From the NCBI GenBank assembly GCA_000002445.1, contig CP000066.1, positions 1,280,001-1,344,000 of the forward strand: a DNA stretch of 64,000 nt, given 5' to 3'. How positions within the stretch are numbered: the first letter of the stretch is position 1; each line of letters starts with the position of its first letter. The translations under genes were made by a program, and so were the position numbers. Below are positions 62,357-64,000 of the stretch, in pieces. The stretch is from Trypanosoma brucei. Its lineage: Eukaryota. The notes under the pieces were generated by a model that was not told the DNA's origin, made no database searches, and saw only the letters and a list, made by a program, of their open reading frames with translations.

Positions 62357-64000
62357 GTTAAACCCTTGATTGATAACTTGTTAACTTGTCTGAAAAGTGA
62401 GAAAGCGCAAGGTTGCAATCAGTGAGGACAACACGCGGCAGGAGGGGGGAGGGTTCGAGTTGCGAAAGAGGTGTGACAGGGCACAGAACGACCTCCTACA
62501 GCACGCAGTACAATCAAAGCGAAAAGGGATTTACACGGTGTAGAGCAATAGAGTTGAACTCGTTTTGGAGTGGTGCTTGGGTTTATTAATACTTTTTTTT
62601 TTTTTTGATTAACTGCCGATGTAAATAATTTTTTATTTGATGTTCATAGGTTGATTGTATTTCTTGACGGTTTGACTGCTCTGATTTGCACTTTAGTTAT
62701 CTGTTGAAGCTGCATTATTGTTAACGCACGGTTTTGATTCCGTTGTTTTCCCACACCATGAAGGAGAAATATCTTTGAAGTTTGCTGTTGTGTTTTTGTC
62801 CTCATCATTTCTTTTCTGAGAAAATCTGAAAATAGATGGCCGTTCATTTATACCAGGTTGGTATATGGACCACTGTCATTTTTCTTCAAACCTTTGTTGC
62901 CATATCCCACAGATTTATCAAAACGGTATGCACACTGCAACAGAACAAACACTGTTCCCTTTTTTCCAGCACATTCGTCTGGCTGAGATGCCTGGTCACG
63001 TTGTTACCCTTTCAAACAGAGCGGTTAACTTTTCTTCGCCTAACAGAAAAAAATGCCTCACTCCATAGTTTAAAAGCTTCCGTTGGTCACATAATCGAAT
63101 GTTTTGTCCCTCCGCAGGACAACGCTGTCTCTACCTTCAGTGTCAGCGTTAACCGTTCGTTTTCCCCCATTAAACATGAATTGCGAGTGGTCTGGCTTGG
63201 CTCCGTGCGAACACGCATACTTTAAAGAACACGTCCCCGTAACCTCACGTTTCTAACGGAGTGAAAAGGTCCGACAGTATTCGAAACACGTGCAATTCAA
63301 CACAACGTGTGTGAAGGAAGAAAGAGCGGAAAAACAACACAAGTTATTGCGAAGGCAAGCAAGGAGTCAAACGCCACATACTCTTTCATTGCAAACTTTC
63401 ACTTGCATAGCGGGGCAGCAGACTCTAAGGCGCGCGGCGGTTAATAACATTGCGCTCCTACGGCTCAAAACCGGCGCTAACTTTGTTCCGTGCAAGCAGG
63501 ACTATGATGCAAGCAAAACCACACAGCAAAGAGACCTAGCCTACAATCGAGCCTTGACTCCAAGCAAACAGAAGGAGAAAGATTCGAATATATAAATCAG
63601 GAATAGAGAACAACAGCGCCGCCGGCTTGCAAACGAAAAACAGCAGATGACAAAAGGAATACAAATTTTCTCCGCTGCTCTCTCGGCGTATTTCTTTATG
63701 GGCAGAAGTTACAACACAACTCACTACAGTCAAAAATTGGAATTCTCTTCTGTATTTAGCACCTTTCTCAGTGATGGTGGCCTCTGATCTTGCTAACACC
63801 TCTCCGCACATCCCGGATACGGTGGCGACTTTCACAGGCCAGAGGAAAAGAAAAAAGAAACGGGGGAAAAACACTACCACCAATACTGAAAGAGAAGGTC
63901 CCTTTATATATTTTTGCTTCTTCGCACCATATTTCTTGCCCCTCTATCAGCAGCGACATGCAGGAGCAGCGTGACAAGAAGGCGATAGGAAACCAGAAGG

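Noticed and set aside
63575-63600. ttcgaat motif that might hint at a tRNA T-loop, and the possibility of tRNA genes near the window edge
   Set aside because: The surrounding sequence does not fit GGTTCGAATCC, and no acceptor/D/anticodon stem pattern could be formed around it by eye. The other ggttcg-like hits, near 7690 and 8190, are inside coding sequence.
192-63974. Numerous + strand ORFs of 60-250 codons lying inside or opposite the large minus-strand genes (e.g. 9773-10306, 26665-27420, 44207-44806, 18230-18750)
   Set aside because: They are antisense shadows of long, clearly homologous minus-strand genes. Their translations are low-information or hydrophobic, and none carries a recognisable domain.
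1-64000. Prokaryotic-style defence islands, CRISPR arrays, operons, transposase/IS elements
   Set aside because: The window is clearly eukaryotic: kinetoplastid-style unidirectional gene array, dynamin, importin, UGGT and Rab GDI. It has no direct-repeat/spacer periodicity and no integrase/transposase ORFs.
62357-64000. Strand-switch (divergent transcription start) region to the right of the aminopeptidase gene
   Set aside because: Only the composition hints at it. There is no credible + strand gene before the window ends. From memory, the neighbouring gene to the right is expected to be co-oriented (a second dynamin-like copy in T. brucei). This is kept only as a low-interest finding.

Overview
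This window looks like nuclear DNA from a kinetoplastid, most likely an African trypanosome of the Trypanosoma brucei group. Three things support that. All 18 convincing protein-coding genes lie head-to-tail on the minus strand with no introns, as in one polycistronic transcription unit. Purine-rich tracts on the + strand (polypyrimidine on the coding strand) sit just upstream of the start codons. The intergenic regions are long, low-complexity, and full of (TA)n, (CA)n/(GT)n, (CAA)n and homopolymer microsatellites. I found no rRNA, tRNA, CRISPR array or prokaryotic operon structure. From left to right the genes are: an acidic-tailed coiled-coil protein; a low-complexity hypothetical; an importin-beta family member (importin-7/Nmd5-like); a giant 3111-aa parallel beta-helix repeat protein; a ZNFX1-like SF1 helicase with an N-terminal CCHC zinc knuckle and cold-shock-like domain; UDP-glucose:glycoprotein glucosyltransferase (UGGT); a VIT1/CCC1-like membrane protein; an ERG2/sigma-1-receptor family C-8 sterol isomerase; a WD40 AIP1/WDR1-like protein; a CDK-related kinase; Rab GDP-dissociation inhibitor; a DTW-domain (tRNA acp3U transferase-like) protein; a triple zinc-ribbon protein with a mitochondrial-like presequence; a hypothetical protein with a zinc finger; a dynamin-like protein; an LRRC6/TilB/LRTP-like leucine-rich repeat protein; a divergent glycerol-3-phosphate-dehydrogenase-like protein; and an M1 zinc aminopeptidase. 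From memory, UGGT and the dynamin-like protein are both on T. brucei chromosome 3; I could not run a search to confirm this. The most unusual items are the giant beta-solenoid protein, the domain architecture of the ZNFX1-like helicase, a suspiciously short junction between the zinc-ribbon and DTW genes, and a GPDH-like protein whose catalytic-lysine region is not recognisable. All calls rest on reading the translated ORFs and recalled family motifs; I ran no database searches.
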